DNA of 20,000 nucleotides from Rhizodiscina lignyota (Eukaryota): NCBI GenBank assembly GCA_010015805.1, contig ML978143.1, positions 239,275 to 259,274 of the forward strand, read 5' to 3'. Shown piece by piece: positions 19,109 to 20,000 of this stretch (position 1 is its first letter; each line of letters starts with the position of its first letter). The notes under the pieces were generated by a model. It saw only the letters and a program-made list of their open reading frames with translations, ran no database searches and was not told where the DNA came from. The position numbers and the translations under genes were made by a program.

Positions 19109-19503
19109 CCACCTATTAGGGAGACAGGAATGCTGTCGGCTCTGATGCGTGCCGTTTACAATCACTACATGATATCAATATCAAAGCAATTACACTACCT
19201 TGAATTAATGGTAGCGTTATAATCCTCGAAGTCCCTTTTCCTAGCGGAGACTTCACGTCACGTTATTGGCGCACGTTGGCATCATGGAGATGGTTGCCAA
19301 AGGGCCATGGAGCGAGGAATCGAGACCTGCGTACGCACTTTTCAATGCTTATGAATTAAGCGATAGCCATAGACTTCCACTACGCGCTCATCGCTCAGTC
19401 ACTGAAATACTTCAACCTCCACTAACATACCACTTCCACATCTCAGAAACATACTCAGGCTCACGGCTCAGCGATTACAGGATTCGCTCATCCCTTCGAC
19501 GCT

Positions 19504-19894
19504 CTATTTGCCGCTGGGGGTGTATCTCGAGTTACCCTGACCGTCGTTGTAGTACCTGCTTCCGTCTGGATTGGAGTAGTAGCAGCTCCCATCACTAATA
19601 GAAGTCAGTTAAGCATCAACAGCTGAGATCCATCTTACCGGTTGGAGTAGTGGTAGGGGTTCTGATTTGTGGCGCTCGGTCCGTAGTCGCGGGTGCACCA
19701 GTGGTTGCCCTGGCTAATTGTCAGTGGAGAAAGATGAAATGGCTGAATTGGTGTATATTTGCCTGGCTATTCGTCCCGGTGCCGTTGTAACTGTAGTTGC
19801 CAGAACTGGAGCCAGAGTTTGCGCTCGCAGTGGAGCCGGTGGCTGACTGGGGGCTGGAAGCCGAGCCGGACCTGGAAGAGGATTGCGTGGTCAT
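19504..19894 (-). CDS. Small S/G/N/Y-rich fungal protein of unknown function, 97 aa. Exons 19894-19763, 19709-19639, 19594-19504
   Basis: MTTQSSSRSG...GNYSYNGTGTNSQ|GNHWCTRDYGPSATNQNPYHYSNR|DGSCYYSNPDGSRYYNDGQGNSRYTPSGK*. Intron 2 is canonical (GTAAGA..CTGAC..TAG, 44 nt); intron 1 needs a GC donor. The 'GTNSQGNH.C.RDYG...YHYSN.DGS.YYSNPDGS.YYNDG.G' pattern resembles a widespread fungal hypothetical family (from memory). Confidence 0.8.
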
Positions 19895-20000
19895 TTTGAA
19901 AGTGCAGAAGAGCTCTAATTGCAATATTTGACAATCGATCAACCTGATTGATACTGCAGTAAGTTTTTCAGAAGTGGCTGGAAAGCCTGAAGGAAAGAAA

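Noticed and set aside
1..20000. CRISPR arrays, tRNA/rRNA genes, transposase/RT ORFs, LTRs or TIRs
   Set aside because: None recognised by eye; the window is intron-containing fungal DNA with no long repeats that I could see.

Overview
Gene-dense eukaryotic DNA from a filamentous ascomycete (short GT-AG introns with CTRAC/CTRAY branch sites). The left ~11.3 kb is housekeeping-type: the 5' end of a DUF4045-like gene (-), a 7-exon ARL2/Cin4-type GTPase absent from the ORF track (-), a GNAT acetyltransferase with a long low-complexity N-terminus (+), the 3'-end endonuclease YSH1/CPSF73 (-) and TAF4 (+). The right part looks accessory. It holds an intronless VWA-Vwaint-Hint ('Vint') self-processing protein (+), a hidden 3-exon small Cys-rich secreted protein with a PAF/AFP antifungal-protein-like Cys/Gly pattern (-), a divergently oriented ankyrin-repeat protein with an unrecognised N-terminal region (+), and a small Ser/Gly/Tyr/Asn-rich protein whose first intron needs a GC donor (-). 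The most notable items are the cryptic, roughly neutral AFP-like gene, the Vint protein with an intact Hint catalytic core, their clustering with the ankyrin gene, and a structured 289-nt YSH1 intron that may host an ncRNA or regulatory element. All exon models were read by hand; no database searches were run.
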